This document shows, piece after piece, positions 36,753 to 48,642 of a DNA stretch of 64,000 nt. The notes under the pieces are model-generated. The model was not told the origin of the DNA. It did not search any database and saw only the letters and a program-made list of their open reading frames with translations. The translations under genes and the position numbers were made by a program. The stretch comes from Trichosphaerium sp. ATCC 40318 (Eukaryota; Protista; Tubulinea): NCBI GenBank assembly GCA_038496445.1, contig JALMLS010000550.1, positions 16,941 to 80,940 of the forward strand. The letters are read 5' to 3'. Numbering within the stretch: position 1 is the first letter of the stretch; every line of letters starts with the position of its first letter.

Positions 36753-38060
36753 ATGCAAATGTGGAGACTACTTGCCTTGGCTTTACTTGCCACAGTTGTG
36801 TTTTCGCAAGACCCTGTTGAAAATGTATTGGGTAGCGTAGACTTCGCTTCTCTTCTCTCTGCGCCTTTGTCTGCTGCAATTGACGCACAGATTCAATCTA
36901 ACCTTGCTACCGTTGATTTCATTCAATCGGTTGGCTTCAACGACGATGGGTCGGTCAAAACGGCAAGTTAAAAAAAAATTCATGCGTTTTGTTTACAACA
37001 TGCTAGGCTGAGTTTAAATACACACAAGTTAACGATGAAACCTTTGGAACAGAAGAGGTCTCGTTGCAGGTAAAATAAAATGCACTCGCTTTCTATTCGA
37101 TCTTTAACCAACGTTTATAGTTACCTTTCTTGCTACTCCTACCACTCAACTACGTTAAAATCTCAGAGGTTAATGTTGAATTTAATATGCAATTGAATCA
37201 AGTCACAGAAAGAGAAAGCAAGAGTAACATCGAAGGCAGTACGTTCGTTATTAAACTCCTTGTTTGTACCAACCCGAAAATCAAAAACTGAAGAAAATAT
37301 TTTGCTACAACTTGTTGTTGTTGAAACTCGCTAATAACTCCCTTAGAACTCAACCTCGGTACCAGTGCTCGTAGTTACAGTAGACGCACAGCCATGAAGG
37401 GTTCTGTCAGCACACAATTTCAATCGAGTGTCACAGATAGAACTGAGCGCGCTTATTCCTTTAAAGTTACTGTAAGATATCTTCAATCGTTTTTTTAGTG
37501 AAAAGCATGAAACTAACAACTATGTTTTTTGTAGATGAAAGCTACAGGCGCTGGTGATACCCCTCCTGGTGTTAACAAACTATTGAGCCTCCTCGAAAAC
37601 GCAATCTTCGCTGGTACGTAATAAAGGAAGGATTTTTTTTTTAAATTGGCGCTTTTTCACCAAATGAACAAATGACTGAGCCAAGCTCGGAATGCGTTCT
37701 AGTATGCCTTGACATGCTCATATACGACTTTGAAGGCTTTTTAGCGTTTCAGCTGAAAGCATTGTTTATTCATGCGTTTTTTTTGTAGAGACCGTATCTA
37801 ACAATGACGCACCTACAACGGCACCAGAGACCGCCGGAAAGAGAGAACTGTTGTCAACTCAAGACCCAGCTGAAATAACACAAGAATATGAAACGCCTGA
37901 ATACGGAGAAGAGGAAGAAACCGAAGATGTAGAAGACGTAGCTGAAGACATCGAAGAGGAAGAACAAGAACCTCAATACGAAAAGGAAATTGCTCAAGAA
38001 CTCGAAAACGCTGAAATCGCTGCTGAATATGAAGCAGAGAACGAAGTTGTAGATGAGTAA
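36753..38060 (+). CDS. Secreted DUF2589-family protein with acidic C-terminal extension (gene 2 of 5)
   Basis: Signal peptide; LGSVDFASLLSAPLSAAIDAQIQSNLATVDFIQSVGF; LPFLLLLPLNYVKISEVNVEFNM; AYSFKVTMKA..TPPGVNKLLSLL; GKR then an E/D-rich tail. Confidence 0.85.
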
Positions 38061-38267
38061 ACGCATGAAATAAAAAAAAAAAATAGTTGGTCTATAGTGT
38101 AAATTAGTAAAAGGTCTATTTTTAATCAAGTCGGGAATCGGGTATCCGAAAATTTTCACGCATTTTTCCCTTCAAGTTCTTGAGGAATTGCCCTTTTGGG
38201 TAAGAGATTAAGGGATCCATATTGACTTAACAGACCGCGCACGATTGTTGAAATACCTCAAGCCACT

Positions 38268-39195
38268 ATGATGCGCCTTTTGCTGTTATTGGTTACAATT
38301 CTTGCTGTTGCTAATAGCACAGACACTGCTATTGATATACTAAACAACATCCCCTTTTCCGATATCGTCGGTGGTGCTTTCTCTGCTGTGATTGATGGAC
38401 AAGTTCAAGCTTCCCTCGCCGCTTTAGAGTTCATGCAAGACATTGGTTTCGATACAGACCCAGTAACTGGCCAATCCACTGCCAAAACGGTACAAAACTT
38501 TCGGCTGCAACGAAAAAAAACGGTGTTTTACAGCTATTTGCTCACAAAATGCTTTTAGGTTGAATTCAAGTACCAAAAAAGCACACCAGAGGGCGTACAA
38601 GATATTGCCATTAACGTACGTTTCTTTTAGTGCGAAACCTCGACTTCCAGCTGTACAACCTCAAACAAACACGTAGGTACCTGTTATCTCACTCATTAGA
38701 GTACCTTCCCTCGCTGTAGAGGATGTCTCCATTGCTTTTAACGTTAAGTTGAACACAATCGAAAGAACAACCAGCTCTGGCAAGCGTGACCTCGGCGCTA
38801 CGAAATTGTACGGCAACGCTACAAAAATTTAAACCAAAAAAAAACAGACCCAAAACGCTTCCATACTAATCTACTCGCTAGGCCATTCTCTAACAGAGCC
38901 CTACCTGCTCGTTACACTGGTACGCTGTTTTTCATGTTTCACGTGAAAATCCCTTTTTCGTCCTAGTGTCTTTGTTTCGCTTACAAATGCTTTAGTACCA
39001 CGATTTACCGTCCAACCAACTACAAGACGTGAAGAAGGCGCCCAACAAACCCAACAAACCTACCAAGTCGAAATTAAGGTTAACGCCAAGCAACAAGCCA
39101 CTTCTGGCGGTCTTACCCGTGTATTGGACGCTTTGCTCGCATCTGTCGTTCCTACTGACACCATCGTTCCTGCTACGCCTACAGCCGCCCCTTAA
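38268..39195 (+). CDS. Secreted DUF2589-family protein (gene 3 of 5)
   Basis: Signal peptide; LNNIPFSDIVGGAFSAVIDGQVQASLAALEFMQDIGF; VPVISLIRVPSLAVEDVSIAFNVKL; YQVEIKVNAKQ..SGGLTRVLDAL. Confidence 0.85.
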
Positions 39196-39398
39196 TTCGT
39201 GTTTGTGTAAAGCTACAAAGTTAAAATAAAAAAAAAATCACAAAAAACTCTTGTTCTGTTAATTGTTGACGGCCGTCAATACCAACCAATTGCACTACCT
39301 TCTTCAAAAAAAAACTTCGAGTAAAAAACTGGATGTAAAGCGCGTAGTCATTTGGGTAGAGATTGTATTTTTTTAATTGTTTTTTTTGTTACATGCAT

Positions 39399-41194
39399 TT
39401 ACGAGTTGGAAACGAGATTATCACTGAGCTCCTCAAATCCTGCAAACTCCACCTTTACAAACATAAATGTTAGCACACAAATTGACAAAAACGCTACAAG
39501 TGAACATACCGTGTAGTCCAAGTCAATGTTCCATCGTTTAGTTCCAACACGTTTGAGACCCATTGTCATAAGTCCGTCTCTCTCAAACGTACGTCCCTAC
39601 AAATATCAATACAAAGCACAAATACATCTTTTAATTAACGTACTTGAACCTTTACATTATACGTAGGCTTCAGAAGAGGAAGATCTACAAAAGAAAACTG
39701 AAGTCAGTTTTCAGCTACTTGCAACTTGTGTTTCTTTTTGTCGCTCAAAAACGTACCAATCAACTCCGATACACGAACACTGGTCGTCTCTCCATCAACA
39801 GTAAAGTTCAACTAGGCCTCAAAGTAAGAAAAACGTTCAAAGACGGCCTTGCAACAAAGTGAAATGATAGATAACGTACAGTTTGTTTGTTCTCGTATAT
39901 CTCCAAAAGAGAATAAGCAGTAGTCACAACAGATCTTATATGAGACTCTAAGAACCCACCCATCATACTACCATAGAAAGATCCTACACGAAGTGCAGAG
40001 GCACGCATAATAGTAGGTGAGTCTTCATCGTCCAATTTTCTCTGATAACTGTACTTAGGTTCCAGCCACTCGGCTGTACCTCTAAGTTGTGGCCCTTTAG
40101 TGAATGTAGCGGTAGCTCTTGTGGTGCCATCAAGGTTGCTGAAGTCACTAACTGTAGTGGCTGTAGTCTTGGTTGGCTGGGTTGTATCTACGGGTTCGAT
40201 GGTCTTTATTGGTTCAAATGTCGTAGTTGAGGTCTTCACAGGTTCAAGCGTCTTAACTGGCTCTAACGTCTTCAATGGTTCAACCGTCTTTACGGGTTCC
40301 AATGTCTTGATAGGCTCTGAGGTCTTCACAGGTTCAACCGTCTTAACTGGCTCCAACGTCTTCACAGGTTCAGCTGTCTTTACGGGTTCGAATGTCTTGA
40401 TAACTGGTCTGGAGACCGTATTTGTTTTGAAAGTACTTTTTTTTGAATACAAAGTATCTTCTGCTGAATCTTTTGGGCTTGTTGTTTGAGGTTCTTCGCT
40501 TTCGCTTGTTTCTTCCGTTTCAGATTCTGTTGTAGGTTCGACTTGTTCTTTAGGTAGAGTTGGTTTGAAAGTAGCCCAATCGAATTCACGTGAGTCTGTT
40601 GCAACTACTTCAGCTTTTAATGCTGTCAATGGTTGTATTAAACCTACCGATAGTAAGTTAGTTGTCTTTAAGAATGACATTGTAATTTGTTACCTTGTTC
40701 TGCGCGTTTTTTCATTAGCTCTATTAAATACGTCATGTCACCTGCGAAAAAGAACGCTGGGGTGACGTATAGATGTGTAGCAGGTTTGGTGTCATCTGGT
40801 GAACATTCCAAGCGGGAAATTACTATTTCGTTATTTCTAATACCACACGACGCTATTATTTGTAAGTGTGACTACGTGGAATGTATTAAGAGTACCAGCT
40901 AAACTTTTCGATATTTTATTTTCGGAGAGACATCCCTCAACCGTTAAATCTAAAGTCTTGGCATTGCACAGAGAAATAATTTGAAGAATGCAAACCTTTA
41001 GCGAATTAGGGTTTACAAAAGTTCATGAGAAACTTTTTTAACAGTATGTACGGCGTAGACGTTGTAATTAAAGCGTGCACAACATATAAAATCGAGTGTG
41101 TAAACAAAAATATTTTTTTTTGCGAAATCTTCACCAAAACTCTACGTACAAAAACCGCTATACGCGACAATTGCCGTGCAGCAACTTCCTTCAT
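39399..41194 (-). CDS. Secreted protein with (EPVKTL)n repeat and diverged C-terminal DUF2589-like domain (gene 4 of 5)
   Basis: Spliced signal peptide ..RIAVF-VCILQIISLCNA; 18-bp repeat at ~40190-40400; C-terminal VGSFYGSMMGGFLESH..LNFTVDGETTSVRVSELIDLPLL..WNIDLDY..FAGFEELSDNL. Confidence 0.65.
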
Positions 41195-41291
41195 TTTTTC
41201 ACTAATTCATCTCAGTTTGGCAGAACCTCGTGAACGATTTCGGGGGGAATTTGCCCTTCTAACTCACATTCTCACACAGTTTATAAGTAAC
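41195..41291. promoter_or_regulatory. Bidirectional promoter of cluster genes 4/5
   Basis: ~97 bp between divergent ATGs; CTCGTGAACGATTTCGGG (41227) and GAATTTGCCCTT (41247). Confidence 0.5.
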
Positions 41292-42214
41292 ATGCAACGT
41301 TTCTTGCTCATCTGCTTGACCTTATTCGTAGTCGGTTCCTTCGCCAATGGCGGTAGAGAACTCGCCTCCCTAAACTTCCAAAATCTTATCGGTGGACCAC
41401 TCACAGCCGTTATTGAGGCTCAGGTACACACTTTCCCACTGCGAGTAAACAACTAAGTTTTTTTTTCTAGGTCGCTTCTGCTCAAGCAACCGTAGACTTC
41501 ATCCAATCCGTTGGTTTTGAAGAATCTGGTGAAGCTCGCATGGTACGTTAATAGATCTTCTTTTTTGCTTTTTTTTTGCTTCGTTTTCGTTCTTTTCAAG
41601 TTTTATCACCACAACGCACTCCTGGCGTTATTTTTTTGCTGTCCAACAGGCTACAGCGCTATTCTAAATGTTCATGAGAATCAAGCAAAACTTTTTCCTA
41701 TTTCGGAACCTTCCTTCTTACCCTTACCTTTAGGCTCTCTTTACATTCCAAGAGTACAATGAAGGTGCTGATAACTCCTCAGCCGAACTCAGAAACGTCA
41801 GCATGGAGGTATGCAATAAAACAAAAAAAAAAAAGCCGCCAACAATTTTTTCATTAACTTAATTTGTAGATCCCATTTTTGATGCTTTTCCCACTCCCAT
41901 ACATGCGCATTACCTCTTTCGAACTTGACTTCAACGCCAAGATCAACTCTGTTTCCCAAAGAGTCAGAAGCCGTGAATTCGGTCTCGGTGTCTCCGCTGC
42001 TGTCAAAGCCGGTTGGGGTCCAGTTAAACTAAATGTCAAGACATCCATGTCTTACAAATCCGCAAGCTCTTCCACCAACAAGAAGGAATCAAGCTACTCC
42101 ATGGCCATCAAGGTCCGTGCTGAGAACATGGTTGAATTGCCAGAAGGTGCTAGAGAATTGCTCGATGCTCTCAAGCAAGCTATCCTTAAGGACAGCGCCC
42201 CAGCTGGACCATAA
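41292..42214 (+). CDS. Secreted DUF2589-family protein (gene 5 of 5)
   Basis: Signal peptide; ELASLNFQNLIGGPLTAVIEAQVASAQATVDFIQSVGF; IPFLMLFPLPYMRITSFELDFNAKINS; YSMAIKVRA..LPEGARELLDALKQAI. Confidence 0.9.
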
Positions 42215-42640
42215 GTTGTTTCCCTTCTAAAGCAAATATTTGCTCTATTACGCAATAAAGACCCTTTTTTTGTGTCTACACAGTTTCTAGTTAATATCTT
42301 GTATTTTTTTTGATTCGTTTTATAGCGTTTTTTTACGCTTGTTGTAATTGTGCCCTTTTGTTGTTGATTTAATTGTGCGTGACTGAATTTCGGAGTGTCT
42401 ATGTCTGTATTTTGCTGTGATGCGATACCTTCGTTTCAATAAACAACCCACGTGTAGGTAGCGGAGATATTACAACATCACACCTACAAAACGGATATTG
42501 TGAACGGCATACGGAAAAACCTGGTTTAACCGGTTCCTAATAAGGTAGCAATAAACGTACCAGTATCTAAAAAAGTTTAAGCTGAGTTTTTGAAAATTCT
42601 TTAAGTCGTTTGCCGTCCATCTGGTATTGCACTTACAGCT

Positions 42641-45600
42641 ATGTCTGACCATCGCGGGTTGTCTTTATCTCCCTACGATGATCAAAAGGATAAAAGGAAA
42701 AAATACGAACGAAAACGAAGAGAGAATCTTGCCAACGCTTTTGAAGAGCTCAGAGAGGTTCTAGAATCGAAGTACCTTCGAAAAAATCTTCTTTCACGAA
42801 ACGCGGTACTGCAAGAAGCTGCAGCGTGTCTTAGAAGCTTGTGTGAGAAGAAGGAAAAGACCCAAGGAACCGCAGCGTGGCTAGCAAACAAAGTAACGGA
42901 AATACCAGGCTTACCTGAAGTCGTACGCACCAAAACGAGCTAAATCGCTACGAAATTATCTGATAGCGCGTTTGGCGATAGGTGGCATTTGTAGAGGAGT
43001 TAAAAATTCAATGTGCTGTGACTAGAAATACAGAAGACCCAGAAACACGAAAACGTAGACGTACAGACTGTAACATTATGCATCAGCAAGTATTGGTACG
43101 TATTTATTTTTATTTCTTTGTGGATTTGTCATTTTTGTTTTTTTTTTGGGTTAAAATGAACCTAAAAAACGATAAAGAAATTGATTGTTTCCGTAAAGAA
43201 AGAAAGAAAAAAAATTCAATTGAAAACAAAAAAAAAAAAAAATCTCGAAGTGAAAGAATATTTTTTTTCTCGGTTTACAGCGCTAGTTGTAGTTTGGAAT
43301 TAGTCTAATTACGTTTATATAATATATATACAGGTTTTATACACGCTAAAAATCACATTGCACACGTTTAAAAAGCACCATTCACTCGTGTCTTTTCACT
43401 TTTTTTTTTAAACTTGTATAGTTTTTGGTTTAACCTTTTTTAGCCGGTTCCCTTGTACACCTCTTCACCATCTAACCCTAATAACTTGTCTTCGAGACTG
43501 CCTCACCTGCATAAAACTCAAACCGATAATAATACACACGTGCGTGTATAACGAACCCCACGTTTTTATAAACAACAATGTTCGAAAAAAAATATTGTTG
43601 GAATTGCTGCGTTTTTTTTAACACTTTTTATTTCTTTGTCTGTCCTCTATCGCTTCTTCGTTTTTACGAATATCCTAGCAACAACCACCAACGCCTAGAC
43701 CACTACCTCGTAGACCATATACGACAACAGGAACGCAGAACGCTTTGTTTGTATCAAGGTTTCTAATGGTACGCCTTTTTAATGTTTTGGTAGTTTGTAA
43801 GCGTTTATAAAACGCTACGAACACGTGTTGATCAAATTAAATTAAATTTCAAAAAAACCAGTTACATTGTATTTGTGAATCAATCACTCCGCCACGGTGT
43901 AATTATTGCGGGCTTTTTGTTATTCCGTTTACCGCGTTTTTATGGGTTCTTAAAATGCTTTCTTTATCGGCTTTGTTGATGCTTATATGGGTTATTTAGA
44001 ACTTCTTCGTATTCTTTGGTTTATGCTATTTTTCTGTGTATTCAAGTTATACTATACACGTGGACTCTAGTTCGGGGTATACCTCTCGGACATTGCTAGG
44101 CGGTACATAATTTTTGGCTGATGTCCGCATCCCAAAAAGCTATACTAATCTCCGGTACTAGTTCACAGCGTAATCTCTACAGCTTGGGAGCTCTCTGGCT
44201 TTTTTTATATGGCGTGTGGCGTATTTCTAGGAGTTTTGTACGTAATCTGTTCGAAATTGTGAACGAACCGGTTTTTTTTTTCCTTCAGTTTTCTGTAGAT
44301 CTTTTTATGTGTATCTTTTTTCTTACCTTTCCTCGTTTTATAGATTCTCTTGGTTAACCTCTGGACCATCTAAAATTATGATAAATAAAGCGAGGATACT
44401 AAGTGAACAAAAAACAAGTACCAATGATATTCATGCTAACGTACAGTACTTTCAATTTCCGATCTTCTCCATTTTTCTTTTCTTTTTTTTTGTTTTTTTT
44501 TGGTTTAATTCTTGAGTTAAGATTTTCTCCGAAAGTGAATTGAGTGATGAAGGATTGGCGTATCTGAACATACATTTTCCCCAAGGCACGTGACTAACAC
44601 GTTTTTTATGATCAACATCATTTTGAATGCAATAAGTCCCAAAATAGTCTCTAAACCTTTTAATTGTAGGTTATTCTATCTATACATACGTGAACCTAAT
44701 AGCCATGATGTTTGAGTACGTTTCTCAACCATTTTTTTTTCAAAATGTCTTGATGAATTCGTTTTGCTTTTTTTGCACGATTTCTCGTCCTTTTGTGAAA
44801 ATGCGATGTATAACTATACAAGCCAGTAGTCAACTCCTTGCTATTTTATGATATAAAGAGGGTGTAGTTCATTGTGAGAGAAAATCAGAGCAAGAAAAGG
44901 GATTTGAAGTGTGCTTTTTTTTTGTTTCGTTTTGAAATCTTGTGTGATTCCTTTTTTCTTTTTTTTGCTTATGAGATTACGTTTAGGTTCGTTTTTCATG
45001 TTCTCTACATCGGGGAGTTCTTCGTTAAAGGGATGGGTTTCGTTACTGGCAAAAATCCAACGAGAAAATTAGCAGCAAAGTTCCTTATGAAAAAACTTCA
45101 GAATCCGCCTGATGAGGGCTCTTATACGCTTTTACAGCACCTTTATTGTTTTATTTACTTAGTCAATACTGCATACACGACGGACAAAATAACGTAAGCC
45201 CTTTACACACGATAATTTCGTGTATCCAAACCAACTCTTTTTTTTTTCTTTTAGGTCATCGGGCATTTTCTCTTTTTTGGCGCTTTACTTTCACTCTCCT
45301 GTTAAATCTTCGTTCGTATCAAATGCGTTGATATCGCGTGCATGGTCATATACACCTAAGAGCGCTAAAGCGTCTTCAAATCTGCTTCGCGTGTCATCAC
45401 TTTCTTTATTTGCTCAAGGCCAATGGAAGAGCGCCATGACCATTGCTCGTGTCATAGAGGCCAATCAAGATACCTCTGCGGGCCAAATTATTCGTGCTAG
45501 CGCTTATTGTGCACAAGGACGCACAAAACATGTCGTAGATGTGCTGAAACAACCAAGGGGAGATGTAAACGAACAGTGAGTGTTAACGTTATTTTTTGGT

Positions 45601-46553
45601 TCTTTTTTTGTGTACTTTTTTTAGCCTATATTAACTTCGTTCTTAGGACTATTGTACATCGTCATTTATTAATAGCTTATGCTCATATTCATAAAGGAGA
45701 TACAGCGAAGGCATTAGAAGTACTAAAAGTAAGTAACGGTTTTTAGTTGTGGTTGCAGTAGTAGCGATCTTTTTTGTCTTTTTTTTTTTTGAAGATGTTA
45801 GAATTGATATTTATTAACTGCTATGTTCTAGGACATGGCTCCTCGACTTACATCGAAAGAAAGCGAACCACAATTTACAGATATTATTTATCACTCGCTT
45901 AGAGCTCTATTAACGCCTACAGAGGACCAAGGTACGTTCAAAAAAACGAATAAAATTGAAGGTGAAGTCTAACTCATTTTTTTTTTTTTTCAGTTGCGAA
46001 ACACAAATGTATTACTGCGGCTGTTGAAATAATTAACAACAAAAAAATGAAAATAAAAGATGTCGACGGATTGCTACTTGGCATGCTTCATATATTGGTT
46101 AGTGTTGCTGGCGATTTTCATACATGCTTAGAGACACAAATAAAATCTATGAAGAGTTGTCCTGAGGCCGAGGGTATTCATGACGTCCAAGAAGAAATCA
46201 AGCAAGAATTGATGGATATTTTTGATTTTATGAAAAATTTTAACGTGCCTTGGCTCTCTGGTCACGTGCAATATGCTTCGGGATGGGTTCATAAAGTAAA
46301 CGGAAACGAATCAAAAGCACTTGCGGATTGGGAACGTAGTTATAAAGAGAGTGAGCGATTTGGATTGAAGTTACTTCAAATCGATATTTTATCAACAATC
46401 TCAAAACAACTTTTGAATTTTGATGTTTCTGTTACAAATGGACGTCATGGTATGTTCTATGGTATAAGATATACAGATATATATAATAACATAGATAAAT
46501 TAAAGATGTCATGTGATATCTCATCGTCAGTAGGAGCGATTCTTGTAGTATAG
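42641..46553 (+). CDS. SREBP-like membrane-tethered bHLH transcription factor
   Basis: bHLH ERKRRENLANAFEELR..SRNAVLQEA; spliced SRFLM-NFFVFFGLCYFSVY (TM1); lumenal SRTLLG (RxxL site-1 protease motif); TM2 FFYMACGVFLGVLFSWL; long helical/TPR-like C-terminus. Confidence 0.65.
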
Positions 46554-46851
46554 CCAATTTTTTCCACAAAAAAAAAAACAAAAAAAAAAAACTTCATCAC
46601 GTGATGAAGCATGTATTAATAATAACCAATAAATAATCTTGAAACAAAAACGACTATTTCCTTAAGACAGAACAGATACTCACAGGTCGAAACACAAACT
46701 TCGTTCCTTCGAGGTACACAAAACAGGCAATTTTCAATCTACTAAACAACTATTAGAGCAAAGTTAACTCAAGCCTGGAAAATCCTCTAAGTATGTTGTA
46801 TTTATTTTCTATTCTAGTGTTGTAAACAAAGTCACTATCACGAGTTCGGAA

Positions 46852-48642
46852 CTAAAGATTGCCATTTCTCTTTGCTTTTGTAACCTTGATACGTTCCATC
46901 AAGTTGAATCCAAGTTCCTTCAACACTTCTTGATCGATTTCATTGACTTGAATGTCAAGTTCATTCATCAATGATCCAAGTTCTTGTGCTCGCTCACTTG
47001 AGATACCCAACCTTGTCAATACTGACACCCAATCAGTTTCATTGTTTTGAACAGGTGTTGGTGTTGTTGGAGCAACTGGAGGGATGGTTGCTTTGGTAGC
47101 ACGTGGTTGAGTGGTGTTGGCTAAATAACAGTTAGTGTAAGTAAACCCGAAACTGAAATAATACATACCTTGGTGTCAACAACAGAAATGTTGGGTTTCT
47201 CAATCCATGACTTGTTGGGTAATACTACGTTCACATCATGTGGCAATAGAATAGGATTACTTGGTTCACTACCAGGCTATAACAAACTTGTTAGAAATGT
47301 GTTACTATTTTGTGTTTTTTTTTGTTGGCACAATGTACGTCATTGTTGAAGTTGTCTTGATTTTGTTGTATTTTAAAGGCATCTTTAATCATCTCAAGGT
47401 GCTCTTTAGCGTCTCCAAACTTGGCATAGCCTTGATCAATCTTGGTATATTTGCCAGTACCATCAATTGACAAGTAATTGTGTTTTGGATCTTGTTTCAA
47501 CTCTTTACGTATCTCTTCTAAAGTGTTCATTTGAGGTTGGGTTACCTAAAACAAACATTTGCATATCACATTGACGATAAATGATTGAGTACCTTTTTGT
47601 GATTGTTAAATGTCAATTGCTGTGGTGAAGATTCTCCATAAAAATTATCACCACCTGTAACCAATCTGAAATCATGAGATATTGCCAAGTAATGAAATGA
47701 TTTATTGGCAAACTCAAGATATTTTCCAGGTAATTTTAATGGTTTGTTTGATGAGAAGGAATCAATCCATTTCCCTTTACCCCATCCAAACAAACAACCT
47801 TCATCATCAATCACAAATGATGTCCAATCACCAGCATGGATAGATATGATGTTATTCAGTCCTTTGATGATACCTTGACCATACTTGCCGCCATCAATAC
47901 CCAATCCAAGACACTCACAGTAGTTGTATCCAAAAGAAAATACTTGTCCTGACTTGAGGAGAACAAGTATATGACTATTACCAATGGCAATATCAGTGGC
48001 ATCTTCAATGTTTGGAACACGTGAAATTGTCTTTGGATTCAAGAATAATGCTTTATCTTCTGCTTCATCTTGTGTTGTTCCCCAAAGAAAGACATGACCT
48101 GTTGATGATATTGCTCCACTTACATACAAATTAGTTTCAATTTTTTGAACATTTTCAAGATTTGGAATGACCACTGGTGATGAAACTTTTGACTTGTCGA
48201 ATGAATGACCCAATCCATGATATCGGTTGTATCCCCAAGAGTAGACATGACCTGAATGTGATAACGCCATACTCACACAATAGGCAGTGACGTCCGTGAT
48301 ATTGTTGAGATTTGGAACACGTGTTGGTGACGAAATAGGTGACTTGAAGTGACCCAGACCCAATGAACCGTGTTTATTAAAGCCCCATGCATACACAATA
48401 CCGTTTGAATCAACTGCAAGGCTATTTTCATATCCAGCAGCAATACAGACGATATTTACGAGTGACTTTATTGGTCTTGCGATAAAACTCTTTTTTTCGT
48501 CTGTATTACCCAATTGGTGCTCATTGTTTCGTCCCCACGTGTAAACAAAGCCATCGTCTGCGATTACCATTGAATGGTTGTCGCCAGTGGCTAAACGGTT
48601 AACGTCTTGTATTTTTCTGACTAAAGTTTGAGGTTCTGCCAT
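46852..48642 (-). CDS. RCC1-repeat + SAM-like protein, paralog R2
   Basis: RCC1 exon 47590-48642, a variant linker exon, and last exon DWVSVLTRLGISSERAQELG..LKELGFNLMERIKV. Confidence 0.85.
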
